This document shows positions 1 to 12,184 of a DNA stretch of 64,000 nt, piece after piece. Made by a program: the position numbers and the translations under genes. Positions within the stretch are counted from its first letter, which is position 1; every line of letters starts with the position of its first letter. The notes below the pieces were generated by a model that worked only from the letters and a program-made list of their open reading frames with translations, did no database searches and was not told the DNA's origin. Source of the stretch: Selaginella moellendorffii (lineage: Eukaryota > Plantae > Lycopodiophyta); the NCBI RefSeq assembly GCF_000143415.4, contig NW_003314309.1:1361897-1425896 (forward strand), read 5' to 3'.

Positions 1-3000
1 CCAGTGATAAACTCACTCTGAATTGAGTGTGCATTTCCATTCTCGTCCAGCACCTGCAGAAACAAGTCTCTTCACGTTACCAACAGTAGCGGACGAAAAG
101 AGATTCTAATCCACTTACACGAATGTTATGCGAAAGTAGTGGGAGTTCTGGTAAAAGGTACGAGCCTGGATTCCAGTCAGTCCAAAGTAATAGCAATCTC
201 CCCAAGACCTGAGTAGATTGAGCCTGAGAACACGTCCCATTGGCGCTTTATCCGAACCACAGTGGTCGTGTAATGACTGTCCAACGCGCTTGCCCTGAGA
301 GGAAGGCACCGGGAGCTTAAACACGGGATTTTGTAAAGGACTTCCAATGTAGGCCTCGGTATCCTCGTTCATGTCATGTAATCCGTCGCTTCCTGGAGAG
401 CCTTTTTTCTTGTAAGTTTGCGCGTCATGCATCTCTATGGCACACAGGCTGGCCTGAAAAACATCACGACACATGAAATGAAAGGAAAGAAAAAAGATGA
501 AGCTACTAACCTCATTGTTTGTGAAGAGAATTGGCTCAGCATTGTTGTAAGCGTCAGAGAGCAAGCCGGATGCTCGTCGCAATTCTCCATAAAATATGAG
601 CTGAGAGTCGAGGAACATACGGATCAACCTGGCACCGCGGTAAGTATGCATTGTCGACTTGTTGTAGTTCCAAAACCGGACCATTCCCAGCAAAGTTGGC
701 CCCTCGAGAGAAATGGTGATGGTGCAAGGATGTCCCGGAGAGAAAGGTGCGAGCCACATATGAGAATCGTCGCACGTCAGGTTGACATTGTCGACCAGCC
801 TTTCCACGGGACACGGACTGCAGTTAAGTCCCGAGAGGAGAGCTGCGGTTGTGTAGCCCACACTGATTTGCTTCCTCGAGTCGATGTGCACCACCTGTCC
901 AGCGTCGTCAAAGATCTCAATGCCGGAGAGACCAACGTAGTGTGGATCACCCCATGAGCTGTGAATGTCGATCGTCAGCTTCATTCCAAGAGGTAGGAGC
1001 GGAATGGAGAAGTCACTCGGCGCTACAAGCTCCGATATTTGTTGCTCGTCACCGTCTAGCTCTTCTAAGTCTGCATCGTCGGTGTAGCTTAGAGCTTGGA
1101 GAAGCGCTGCTTTGTCGGCTGATTCGTCGAGCATGTCGACCGAGAACATTTCATACGTTGCATCCGCGGACAAGTTCGCACTGACAACTTTCTGGCTCAC
1201 ATTTTGCTCGAACTTATTGTAGAAAGTACAAGTGTCTGTAAACAAAGAAAAAAGCTCTGAGCGGATATTGTAGTCGTTTCAGAAGTCTTACCTTCACCGT
1301 CTGAGTTTAGTATCCTTTCAATCTCCTCGAGCTCCATATTGTCTTCCTCGAGCTTGTCTATGTCGGCTTGCAGATTGTCGTCAGCGTCGTCGGTCTCCTC
1401 TGGTTGTGGTTCCCTTTTCGAAGCGATACTACGCTGCAAGTAACGAGCAGCCCTGGACCATATTGACTCCGTTTCAACCTTTTCCACGGCCTGCCTCGTC
1501 GCAAGCTTATTACCAGCGACTTCAGAGTCTTCAAATTTTGGAGACGAGGAGTTTAGCCTGAAAGTTACACGTAGATCCAGGAAAAAAGATTAAAGGAACT
1601 TCGGTTTATACCTTGAAACTTCGAATTCCAGCTTCGGAGATGGAGGAGTTATCGAGATTGATTTTCCAATGGACGGATTTGGCAATGTCACTCCTTCCCG
1701 CAGTGGTATTCGTGTGCACGAATCATATACTTGGCTCCCGGATGACTTTGAAACCGTTCCCTGCCACGCTATCTCCCCGTCTATCAAAACTTGCAAGTCC
1801 CTCACACCTTTGCCAATACTTTGGGTGTGATTCCAAACTTCAAGGTGTCCGATCGAAGTGTCTTCCGAAGGTAGCTGAAAGAATATTTCCAGAGGAGGAG
1901 AGCCTGGCAAGGGAAGTAAAGCCTCCCACACGCTAGAATTCACACCACCATCCACAATCCGGCCAAGTTCTTTTGCAGCTTCACAATTCGAGGTGATTTG
2001 CATAGGCTGGACGTCGATTTTCTTGCCATCAGTGTCAAACAGATCTACCTGCAAAAACACACGAAAGTGCGTAAGAAAGAAAACAAAAATAATCACAAGA
2101 AACTGTTCTAGCAACCACGTAAAAGCACCATCCAAAGCTATCTATCCCAAACTAGTACACTACCTCTTTGCAAAAAGTTCATCCCGCGTCGACTCTGCAG
2201 CCTATTACAAATTGAGCTTTCATGCGTAGACAAAGGATACCTGCACAAGACCAACGAAGTGCTTGTCGCCCCAAGTTGATAGAATGCGAAGAGATAAGGT
2301 ACGGGTTTTGCTGACAGCGGAAACTTCAACTCCTTCACAAGGATGTTCTTGAGGCGTGAGCATGTCGACGTCGCCACCTTCGAGTTTATCCATAACCCCC
2401 AGAAGATACTTGAGCTTGTGGGAGCTAAGAACTTGCAACCGTGCATTGAGAAGCTGTAGCAACGACTGCTCCATGTTTTCGGCTTCTGGCGAGGTAATGT
2501 TCCAGCTGATGGTTGTCTCCCCGTCAGATAGTTGGCCACCTTGATTGTCCTCAGCTTCTAGATCCTTGCTCAATCCCCCCTCCTCTGCTCTGATTCGCTT
2601 GTCTTGCTTCTTCAGTATCGCCGGAACAGTGTCCCAGCTCGCTCTAAAGCGATGCCTCCGCGGCGTCTCCTCCACTTGAGCATGCTTCGAGTCGAGTAAG
2701 TTCACTTGAATCTCTTCACTGATCCCTTCCAGCAACCGATCGCTAGTCGTCCCTTCTATCCCAACACTATTCTCTTGTTCCAACGTCGCAGACTCTTGGG
2801 TTGACAAGTTGTCTGCTCCAGTGGAATCTCCCCGCTGCGAGAGCTTCCCAAGAGTCTCCACCAGTGCCTCGGAGCTCCTTTGTTTCTCGTTCTCCTCGAG
2901 CTTCGCCGACGAGTCATACGATTTCCTGGCCACCAGCAGCGACTCGATTATGTCCAGAGGATTGTCCTGATAGAAGACGTGGTAAACGATATCCTGGCCG

Positions 3001-3700
3001 ACGTACTCAGGCGAGTGGAGTGGTCTTTCGGAGTCTTTCGTGAAACCATCCAGAGAGCTGTTAGTACGCAGCTCAACTTGGCGCTGAAAAGCACTTCCGA
3101 GAGTCGAGGACGTCGAGTGTTGCTGACCAAACTGGACCGGAATTCCATCAACCTGGCAGATTTCTGGATCTGGTGACGGAGAGTGTAACTCGAGAGACTT
3201 GTTCTCGTCTTCTTCCTGGTCATTCTCCTCCGATATGAGCTGCTTGGATTTCTCCAAGTTGTGTTTGATGATCCGGTTCTCGGACTTTAAAGGTTTCATG
3301 CTAGCTTTGATCCTGGACTCAGCAACCTGGACAAAAGAAAAATCAAAGTCGTGGCTTTGTAAAATTCTCTCTTTGCTACCTTGTGCCAGCCTTTGCTCCT
3401 TCCCACACCGAGTCCTCTCCTGCGATGAGATTAACCAGGGCAGGGAAGAAATTTTAGAAACTCCAAGAAGAAATACCTCTCATCTTTGTTGGATGGACGA
3501 ACATACAATGGCCGACGCAAGGGGCTCTTTTCCAGTGCTTTGCTCGCATCACTGCGAAACGATCTATTTCAGCTGATATGGATCGAAATCCCTGCTTACC
3601 TCACGACGATGCAGCCATATTTCTTGCTCGTATCCGTTCTCATCTTCCCAAACCGGGCAAACATCTCAGATGCTCCGGCGCTCGGCATCCATTCCACTGT
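1..3700 (-). CDS. KATNIP: KATNIP/KIAA0556-like ciliary protein (repeated DUF4457-type domains), multi-exon, 3' end outside window; 5' end approximate
   Basis: Three repeats of the motif LSTWGDKHFVGLVQ / HSSWGDPHYVGLSGIEIFD / LRSWGDCYYFGLTGIQ, plus VRFWNYNKS..TYRGAR and DDSHMWLAPF, in ORFs 2220-3299, 1590-2135 and 115-1245 joined by short introns. Confidence 0.8.
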
Positions 3701-3896
3701 CGCATTGCACCCTTGGATTCCTGCCACTTTCGAGCACACCACCGCATTCTATCTCGATCGATGGCAATCGCCTCCACTCTCATCCACGCTTCATCTGCCC
3801 TAGCCAACTGATTCATAGCTCTGCCCACGTGGCCCAAACGTGAAATTACAAGTAAAAAAGGTGAAATTCGCAAGCTAAGTAAATAACTGAAGTGAA

Positions 3897-5077
3897 TTAA
3901 GAATTCATATCAATCAATTTTAAGAGGATGGCACAGCCGGGCAATAAATTCACAGTTGGAATAATATAATTAGAAACGAGTTTAGACGAAACTTCATAAA
4001 ATTGCTGAGTGAAATGAGTGCCATCAAATAGTAAATATTCACTTGGATTGTTGCACACAGTACCACTTGGTGATCCACAACCACATAGTGCTGTATTATT
4101 ATCAGTAACGCAATTGAAATTACCTTCAGGTATCCCACAACAAGCTTGTTTATAACTTTTAAATCCATATTGCTCCATCTTTTCAATTATATCATTACTT
4201 GCAGAAAACCAATCAAAATAATATATTTCCATATTATCATTTTGATTATTAATATCATTTACCATATCTAATAATTTCTTATTAAATAAATCAATAGTAT
4301 TTCTAACCTCAACAAGACATCCAAGTTTGTCATAATGCATCCCAGCTGCATTAGAAAATAATTGTAAATAGCTAGGAGCACAATCATAACGAAGAAGATT
4401 CATTACCATAAAATATTTTGCATCAGAATTATGTAAATCCATAATACTAGATTTGATGCCCTTAACTACGGCTGGAATTGTAATATTCATCACATATGCA
4501 AAATTTGGCATGCCATAACCAAGATCATTGCCACCAATTTCAATATAATAAAGTGCTTTTTCATATAGCATTTTTTTTTATCAAGTTTAGCACCATTTTG
4601 ATGATCGTCAACTTGTTGTTTATGCCATATAAAATCTGAAATTTGAGCAGACAATATATGAGGAGTAACAAAAGATGTGTTATAAACACTAGGTGGACGA
4701 ACTGTTGCTCCAGCATAGCCAAAATTTAAACTTGTAAAATAAGTACCATTATAAGTTAAACTTGGAGGCTCAATATCATCCAACTTCAATTGACGAGCTA
4801 AATAATCAATAAATACATACCCATCACAAAATCTTCCAGTGGGCTTTCCCAGTGTAATTCCATATGGTAGATGTCCAGAAAGACTAAATGCACCCAAGCC
4901 CGCTGCTACTGCTTCAAGATTGCGATTGCCAGTATCTGAGAGCGAATCAGAAAAACTAAAGATTGCACTAGGACACAATTTTTGTTCAAAATTACGAGCA
5001 TCACCATAAATCGCCAGCAAAAGGAAAAAAACAAAAGCAAAAAGACTAGAGGCCATTAAAACGAATGAAGGTAACAA
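3897..5077 (-). pseudogene. GDSL/SGNH esterase-lipase, intronless, split by a frameshift in an A9 run (pseudogene or sequence error)
   Basis: Signal peptide, FSFSDSLSDTGN (block I), PTGRFCDG, NFGYAGA, IEIGGND (block III), LFDGTHFT (DxxH); ORFs 4490-5077 and 3897-4571 join at the T9 run 4571-4579. Confidence 0.85.
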
Positions 5078-6732
5078 AATGATTTAACCTTCTATACATT
5101 GGTCTAGAGTTATGTTTATCTGAACAGCTGATATTTTTGTATGAGCGAAAATATATATATTGTTTCTATAATACTATATAAGTTATGTTTATTTCCACAT
5201 GTGATATTTTTGTATCATTTTTTTTATGCTAGTGTTGTGAAATAGTTGCTATTTTATAATCTAGCTTCAAAGTAAGGAACTCGCCAGCAGCACTTCCTAA
5301 TGGTTGCCTAGAGCGTTCGAGCTCCAGAAGTGATCCTGGTGACATTTTCCCCACTACAGCTCATAAACATCCTACCACGATGATCCTTCTCTTATGAGCA
5401 CAAGTTCGAGTTGTAACCAGGCTCTCACTTCAATATCTGCATTGCAAAAGTGGACTGTAAACAAAGAAATACTGCTAGCAAGTGTTCCTATACAATATCT
5501 CTTTGCATCCTTGACTTTACTAAAGCGAGCACTCAAAGACTTGCCTGGAAAAATTCAATCCAAGTAAAGTGGAACCAGGCATGGCCCGTTCCTCGATGTC
5601 ACAGTTGATTGTTCTTCTTTTCTTCTTTGACACTGCAACATGCTCTCCACTCGGGCTCGTAGTATGGCGAATCCGCAGGAATCCCATCCATTAAATTCTT
5701 CTCGAGGCATTTCGTTCAATTGGATGGAAAGCGACAATTTGTATGAACATGAGATAGTCCAGTCCGGTGCACAGTTTCTTTCATCGTGCATTTCGGTTAC
5801 CATTTGACACCCATCCGACTCTGGATGTCACGCAAATGAAGCTTGAGACGCGCAGACATATCCATGAAAGCTTTCTCAAGCGCTAGACATTATTGCCTGA
5901 ACTCCTTTTGAGACAAATAACGCGAAAGCTCTTTCGAAATATGTCCATTGGCTCGGCGCAAAGTTTTCGATGAAACACGTCCGTTCAGACAAGCTTACCT
6001 ATGTATCAATGGGATTTCTTGTTCCCTTGCCAAGAGTTTCCACTCTCATTTGTGGTACTTGCGTCCTTGTAAAATCTCTACTTTCACTGTTGAGCTCTGC
6101 AAGAAGGACCACCTCGGGCTCCTCCTGAAAGTGTAGAAGGACTTCCGCTCTGTCGCCAGGTTGCAGTTGGTCACCGCAGACTATCTTATTTCCTGTAAGC
6201 ACTTTCCTCTTTCATCATCCTCTATCCTTTCGACAAGTCGAAGTGAAAGAGTGAAAGCTGGACAATGTTCTTCAATCGATCAGCATGCTTGAATCATATG
6301 GCAGTTCAGGAGAAGTTTATCCGGCGTATTCGCTCAGGCCTCCTTTTATTTCCTGCGGAACATCACAGCACTCCAGCTCTTCCTGCAAGAAAAGGATTGC
6401 AAAATCCACAAAAAAATAGAAGCTGATCACTCACCTATTGCGCTGCCGCGCCCAACCGCCGAGCTGTGTGTGTGTGTGTGAGAATGGAATACCGCCTTAC
6501 CAGCCTTTCAAATGAGAAGTTTCCCTTCATTATAATTCTTCGGAAGATGGATTGAATGTAGCATCACCTTCATTCTACTGATAATGGCTTCACCACTCCT
6601 GAAATATAATGATTTTCAGTTTTGATCAAGTCAACCATGGTTTTGATCAAGTCATTTTGAACCAGTGAAATTAACGTGTTCTCCTGTGTCCCAGTAAAAT
6701 GACCAAGTCAGATCTGGAGTGCTCACAACTCC

Positions 6733-6740
6733 TATATAAA
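6733..6740 (+). promoter_or_regulatory. TATA box of germin copy 1, with W-box-like (TGAC/GTCA) cores upstream
   Basis: TATATAAA 100 bp before the ATG, conserved in copy 2; AGTCAA, AGTCA and TGACC at ~6625-6712. Confidence 0.6.
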
Positions 6741-6832
6741 CTCGAGGGACCTCCTCATACTCCTCACTCCATTCCTCAGCAATCACAACAAAATATCAAA
6801 AGCTTCGATCAATCTCTGTGTGAACATACAAG

Positions 6833-7486
6833 ATGTCCTACAAGTTAGCCATTTGTCTAGTTGCCATTTCCGCCATTGCTTTTGTCCATGGATCAGATGA
6901 AGATGCCCTCCAGGATTTCTGTGTCCGTGACACAAACAGCAACACCAACGTCAATGGATTCATTTGCAAGCCTGCAGCTGCAACTCTAGCCAGTGATTTC
7001 AAGTTCCAGGGACTCCGGAACCCCGGGAACACCAACAACAAGCTCGGTTCAATGGTCACCAATGCAAATGTTGGTGAATTCCCGGGAATCAACACTCTTG
7101 GAGTCTCTTTTGCGAGGATCGATTATGCCCCTTACGGTGTCAATCCCCCTCACGTCCACCCACGAGGAACAGAGCTCCTGTTCGTCCAGCAAGGAACACT
7201 CTACGTTGGATTCGTGAGCACCACCAACAACACACTCTTCGCTCAAACTTTGCATCCAGGGGACCTCTTTGTGTTTCCGCGTGGCCTAGTTCACTTCCAG
7301 CTCAATCTTGGAAAGACACCTGCTGTTGCTCTTGCGGGATTCAATTCCCAGAATCCTGGAGTCACTCAGGTCGCGAAAGCAGTGTTTGCATCTAACCCTC
7401 CCATTTACGATGCCGTCATCGAGAGGGCATTCCAGATCAATCCCAAACTGATCCAGCAGCTCAGGGACCTCATCAAGCAAACTTAA
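6833..7486 (+). CDS. Germin-like protein (cupin), copy 1
   Basis: Signal peptide, LQDFCV, GVNPPHVHPRGTELL (metal-binding H/H/E), FVFPRGLVHFQ; intronless, 217 aa. Confidence 0.96.
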   Translation: MSYKLAICLVAISAIAFVHGSDEDALQDFCVRDTNSNTNVNGFICKPAAATLASDFKFQGLRNPGNTNNKLGSMVTNANVGEFPGINTLGVSFARIDYAPYGVNPPHVHPRGTELLFVQQGTLYVGFVSTTNNTLFAQTLHPGDLFVFPRGLVHFQLNLGKTPAVALAGFNSQNPGVTQVAKAVFASNPPIYDAVIERAFQINPKLIQQLRDLIKQT

Positions 7487-7564
7487 GCAATTTGTTCTCG
7501 TAAAGATTCTTCAATAATAATCAAAGTTATTTTTAAATGGTGTGACCAGCAAAAGAGCAACAAA

Positions 7565-8041
7565 TATCGCCAGGAAGCTAGCAGCGCAAGGATTGTCTGT
7601 GACAATCATCAACATCGACGGCATCCAGGAGAATCTAACACGGACATGGAAGCACATCGAGCACCAGGACATTCGCCTCGAATCCATTCCAATGAGACTC
7701 AAGGCTTCGGCACAGACAACTTGAATGATGCCGCTGCTTTCATAGGTGCCGTCTATGATCTGGAAGAAGCACTCGCAGCCCTCCTCGAGATCACAAGGCC
7801 TGTGTCATCTCCTATTTCTATCACCTCTCAGCTCCGCTCGCCGCTGCTAGAGTAGGGATTCCTCTCGTTGCTTCTGGGCTGGAGCAGCGGCTTGGGCTTC
7901 CATTCACTATAGTCATTCTTCGCTGGCAGCAGCTGGATTGTCTCCAGTACATCTTAGATCTCTTCTGGAACTCACTCCTTTCCTTGGACACTAGGAAACT
8001 TGTCTCCAATCTTCCTGGCTTGAAACCATTTAGAGCCGAGC
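7565..8041 (+). pseudogene. Truncated, deleted UDP-glycosyltransferase copy
   Basis: Colinear with ~10752-11271 (ARKLAAQGLSVTIINID...) but with several small deletions and frameshifts; no start codon or PSPG box. Confidence 0.9.
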
Positions 8042-9713
8042 ATTTGAAAGCAGCAGGGAGACTCATACACAACGAAAAAGAACTGTATATAACTGTTTAT
8101 GAATGAGTGGTACTTGCATATTCTTGATGCTCATGTGTTCTTGATGCCACTACTATTTAACACTTTTACCTACTCATGATCAAGTGCCTAATTCATACAC
8201 AATCTAATCTTGAATCATGCATAGCAAGGATGAGATGATGAAATGTATATGCTTCCGAGGCATGCTTCCAAAGAACCGGGTGAGAGATCTCTTCAAGCTA
8301 AACCTGGCGCTAAACAACACGTCTTGAGCCGTAGCATGAAACTGAGAATGACCAGGACGAAGACGAGGCCAAGTCCCTAGAGTTTCAGACCCCGTCCCCA
8401 GATGCCAGGTTGATGTTCAGCAGCAACCTGGACAAAAAAATGAAATATACGATGAAAGAAACTGCGTACCAACTAACTCATGGACTGCAGAATGTGCGGA
8501 CTATGTGTCTTCATAGTCTATGTTCATACAAATGGTCGAAATTGAACGAATGAGTCGAGATATTATACCTCATCTGGAGTAAGGAGATGGAAATCCCGCT
8601 GTGGAGCATGTAGAGAAACTCCTCTTATCGACAGCTGGAGTCTTGTCTCTTGTCAGTTCCCTCCATCAGACGGTTCCATTTGACAGCTAGCACTTCTTCT
8701 TTGGTGAGACTTCCAACAGTCTGACTCTGGATCTCACGTAAATCAAGTTTGAGAAGTGCAAATATATCCCTCAAAGCTTTCTGAACATTTGACAAGCGCC
8801 CCAGACATTATTGCCTGAATGCCTTTTGAGACAAATAACGCGAAAGCTTTTTTGGAATATGTCTCAGCAAAAGCCCATGAAAGCACCTAGCACATTTGTC
8901 AGCCATGAAACACGTCCATTCAGACAAGTTTACCTTCACAGCGTATATATCCATGCGATTTCTGGGTTCCTTGCCAAGTGAGCTCGCATCACTTGGGCAA
9001 GGGAACCAGAAATCGCATGGATATATAGGGAACCATTGCCTTAGTCCTCTTGTTGCAAGTCTATGGTACTTGTGTCTTAAAGATCTCTAGTTTCACTGTT
9101 GCGCTCTGCAGGATCGGGCTCCTCCTCAAAGTGTAGAAGGAATTCCGCTCTTTCACCAGATTGCAGTTGATCCCAGCCTCGAGCGGAAACTGTTGGATTT
9201 CCTGTAAGCATTTTCCTCTTTCATCATCCTCTAGCCTTGTCGACAAGTCGAAGTGAAAGGAACGCTGGACACTGTTCTTCAATCGATCAGCGTGCTTGAA
9301 TCAAAACAGAGCAACATCCAAACCAAGATGGCAATTGAGCAGAAGTTAATTTGCTTCCCACAGGCAGGGCTATTTCCTGCGGACCAGAAAACGAATACAA
9401 AATCCACCGAAAAAATAGAAGCTCGATCACTCACCTCCGCTTGCTGTGTGTGTGTGTGAGGAGAAATGAAATGCCCTTACCTCTCCTCGTAGACCTAAAC
9501 CCTAGCCTTTCAAATGAAAATTTTCCCTCCATTTTGAATCATCACCTTCATTCTTTTGATAACGGCTTGACCACTCCTGAAATAATGATTTGACACTATC
9601 GCTTGATCAAGTCACCTATGGTTTTGATTAAGTCACCTTGAACCAGTGAAATAAACGTGTTCTTCTATGTCTCAGTAAAATGACCAAGTCAGATTTGGAG
9701 TGCTCACAACTCC

Positions 9714-9721
9714 TATATAAA
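9714..9721 (+). promoter_or_regulatory. TATA box of germin copy 2
   Basis: TATATAAA in the same context as copy 1. Confidence 0.6.
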
Positions 9722-9820
9722 CTCTAGGGACCTCCTCATACTCCTCACTCCATTCCTCAGCAATCAAGTAGCATCACAACAAATATCAAAAGCTTCGATC
9801 AATCTGTGTGAACATACAAG

Positions 9821-10474
9821 ATGTCCTACAAGTTAGCCATTTGTCTAGTTGCCATTTCCGCCATTGCTTTCGTCCATGGATCAGATGAAGATGCCCTCCA
9901 GGATTTCTGTGTCCGTGACACAAACAGCAACACCAACATCAATGGATTCATTTGCAAGCCTGCTGCTGCAACTCTAGCCAGTGATTTCAAGTTCCAGGGA
10001 CTCCGGAACCCCGGGAACACCAACAACAAGCTCGGTTCAATGGTCACCAATGCAAATGTTGGTGAATTCCCGGGAATCAACACTCTTGGAGTCTCTTTCG
10101 CGAGGATCGATTATGCCCCTTACGGTGTCAATCCCCCTCACGTCCACCCCCGAGGAACCGAGCTCCTGTTCGTCCAGCAAGGAACACTCTATGTTGGATT
10201 CGTGAGCACCACCAACAACACACTCTTCGCTCAAACTTTGCATCCAGGGGACCTCTTTGTGTTTCCGCGTGGCCTAGTTCACTTCCAGCTCAATCTTGGA
10301 AAGACACCTGCTGTTGCTCTTGCGGGATTCAATTCCCAGAATCCTGGAGTCACTCAGGTCGCGAAAGCAGTATTTGCATCTAATCCTCCCATTTACGATG
10401 CCGTCATCGAGAGGGCATTCCAGATCAATCCCAAACTGATCCAGCAGCTCAGGGACCTCATCAAGCAAACATAA
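9821..10474 (+). CDS. Germin-like protein (cupin), copy 2
   Basis: Same 217-aa protein as copy 1 except V/I in NVNG/NING. Confidence 0.96.
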   Translation: MSYKLAICLVAISAIAFVHGSDEDALQDFCVRDTNSNTNINGFICKPAAATLASDFKFQGLRNPGNTNNKLGSMVTNANVGEFPGINTLGVSFARIDYAPYGVNPPHVHPRGTELLFVQQGTLYVGFVSTTNNTLFAQTLHPGDLFVFPRGLVHFQLNLGKTPAVALAGFNSQNPGVTQVAKAVFASNPPIYDAVIERAFQINPKLIQQLRDLIKQT

Positions 10475-10682
10475 GCAATTTGTTCTCGCAAAATTCTGCA
10501 ATAATAATCAAAATTATTTTTACCGGTCACTTGTCTATTTAAACATCAAGCCAACACAATGTGGCTAGCCAATAATTTCTGAAGTACATGCAAGAAAAGG
10601 CTGCCACGCACTCCCATCGCACATAATTGGGGGGTTCTGCTAGGAAATGTAGAATAAGGGATATCTAGAAGAGGAGAACGCT

Positions 10683-12101
10683 ATGGGTTCTCCCAAGCAT
10701 GTCATTCTTGTTCCATTCCCAGCGCAAGGCCATGTCTTACCGGGTGTCTATCTCGCCAGGAAGCTAGCAGCGCAAGGATTGTCTGTGACAATCATCAACA
10801 TCGACAGCATCCATGAGAATCTAACACGGACCTGGAAGCACATCGAGCACCAGGACATTCGCCTCGAATCCATTCCAATGAGACTCAAGGCTCCCAAAGG
10901 CTTCGGCGCCGAGAACTTGAACGATGCCACTGCCTTCATGGATGCTATCTACGATCTGGAAGAAGCACTCGCAGCCCTCCTCGAGATCACAAAGCTAAGT
11001 CACCCTGTTTCCTGTGTCATCTCCGATTTCTATCACCTCTCAGCGCCTCTCGCCGCTGCTAGAGCTGGGATTCCTTCCGTTTGCTTCTGGTCTGGAGCAG
11101 CGGCTTGGGCTTCCATTCACTATAGTCATTCTTCGCTGGCGGCTGCTGGATTGTGTCCAGTAGAAGGTAAGACTCTTAGATCACTTCTGGAACTCACTCC
11201 TTTCCTTGCAGATTCAGACACTAGCAAGCTTGTCTCCAATCTTCCTGGCTTGAAACCATTTAGAGCCGAGTATCTTCCATCCTACTACCGCAAAGAGTTC
11301 TACGAAAAGAGTGGAGGAGGGAAGTATTTCTCGCTTTCTCTGCGGCGAGTGGAAATCGACTCGTGCATCCTCGCAAACTCGATCTACGAGCTGGAGCCGC
11401 AAGTCTTCGATGCAATGCAGCAAGTTGTCCCCGGGAAGTTTGTGTCCGTGGGTCCGTTGTTCCCGCTCAAGGGTGGGGGCGCCAGTGAGATGGAGGCGAG
11501 CTTGAGGCCGGAAAGCCGGGAATCACTCGAATGGCTCGACAATCAAGCACCCAATTCCGTGCTCTACGTCTCCTTCGGCAGCGTCGCGTCACTCACTCGA
11601 GCAGAGATGGAGGAACTCACGCAGGGGCTCGAGGCCAGCCAGAAGCAGTTTCTAATGGTGGCCTCGCGGGATCTAGCTCCAGAAGTGAACGAGAGCTTTT
11701 TCCGCGAGTTCGGGGAGAGATTATCGCGGTCGGGAGCCGGGATGGTTGTCAGCTGGGTGCCCCAGTTAGCGGTGCTGCAGCACGGGTCCGTGGGTGGATT
11801 CTTGACCCACTGCGGCTGGAACTCGACGCTGGAGAGCATGAGCAATGGAGTCCCGATGCTGGGATGGCCCTGCCACTCGGATCAAAACACGAACTGTAAG
11901 TTCATCCTGGAGGATCAAGAAATTGGAATGGAGCTACGTGATAAAACCAGGACCGGCATCTCGATGGCGATTCGCAGCTTGATGGCGAGCGAAGAGATGA
12001 GGAGTAGAGCGTCACACATCGAGAGAGTCGCCAGAGAGGCCGCAAGCGAGAATGGATCATCATACAAGAACCTCCATGCTTTCATTCATTCTCTCAAGTA
12101 A
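10683..12101 (+). CDS. Family-1 UDP-glycosyltransferase (probable 45-nt in-frame intron 11167-11211)
   Basis: VPFPAQGH N-terminal motif; PSPG box WVPQLAVLQHGSVGGFLTHCGWNSTLESMSNGVPMLGWPCHSDQ. Confidence 0.96.
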   Translation: MGSPKHVILVPFPAQGHVLPGVYLARKLAAQGLSVTIINIDSIHENLTRTWKHIEHQDIRLESIPMRLKAPKGFGAENLNDATAFMDAIYDLEEALAALLEITKLSHPVSCVISDFYHLSAPLAAARAGIPSVCFWSGAAAWASIHYSHSSLAAAGLCPVEGKTLRSLLELTPFLADSDTSKLVSNLPGLKPFRAEYLPSYYRKEFYEKSGGGKYFSLSLRRVEIDSCILANSIYELEPQVFDAMQQVVPGKFVSVGPLFPLKGGGASEMEASLRPESRESLEWLDNQAPNSVLYVSFGSVASLTRAEMEELTQGLEASQKQFLMVASRDLAPEVNESFFREFGERLSRSGAGMVVSWVPQLAVLQHGSVGGFLTHCGWNSTLESMSNGVPMLGWPCHSDQNTNCKFILEDQEIGMELRDKTRTGISMAIRSLMASEEMRSRASHIERVAREAASENGSSYKNLHAFIHSLK

Positions 12102-12184
12102 AAGCGCCTGGTCAATGCATAGTCAATAAACAAAATAAAGTCAAAAGACCTACCAGAACCTAGGGCTGACGTGGCTCCTATCCC

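Larger units (their letters stand above)
5800..8300 (+). repeat. Degenerate tandem segmental duplicate of ~8690-13010 (upstream region + germin + UGT remnant + RPL13 remnant); boundaries approximate
   Basis: Upstream blocks match (e.g. gagacaaataacgcgaaagct at ~5910 and ~8830), germin CDS near-identical, UGT pieces 7565-8041, RPL13 piece ~8255-8300. Confidence 0.85.
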
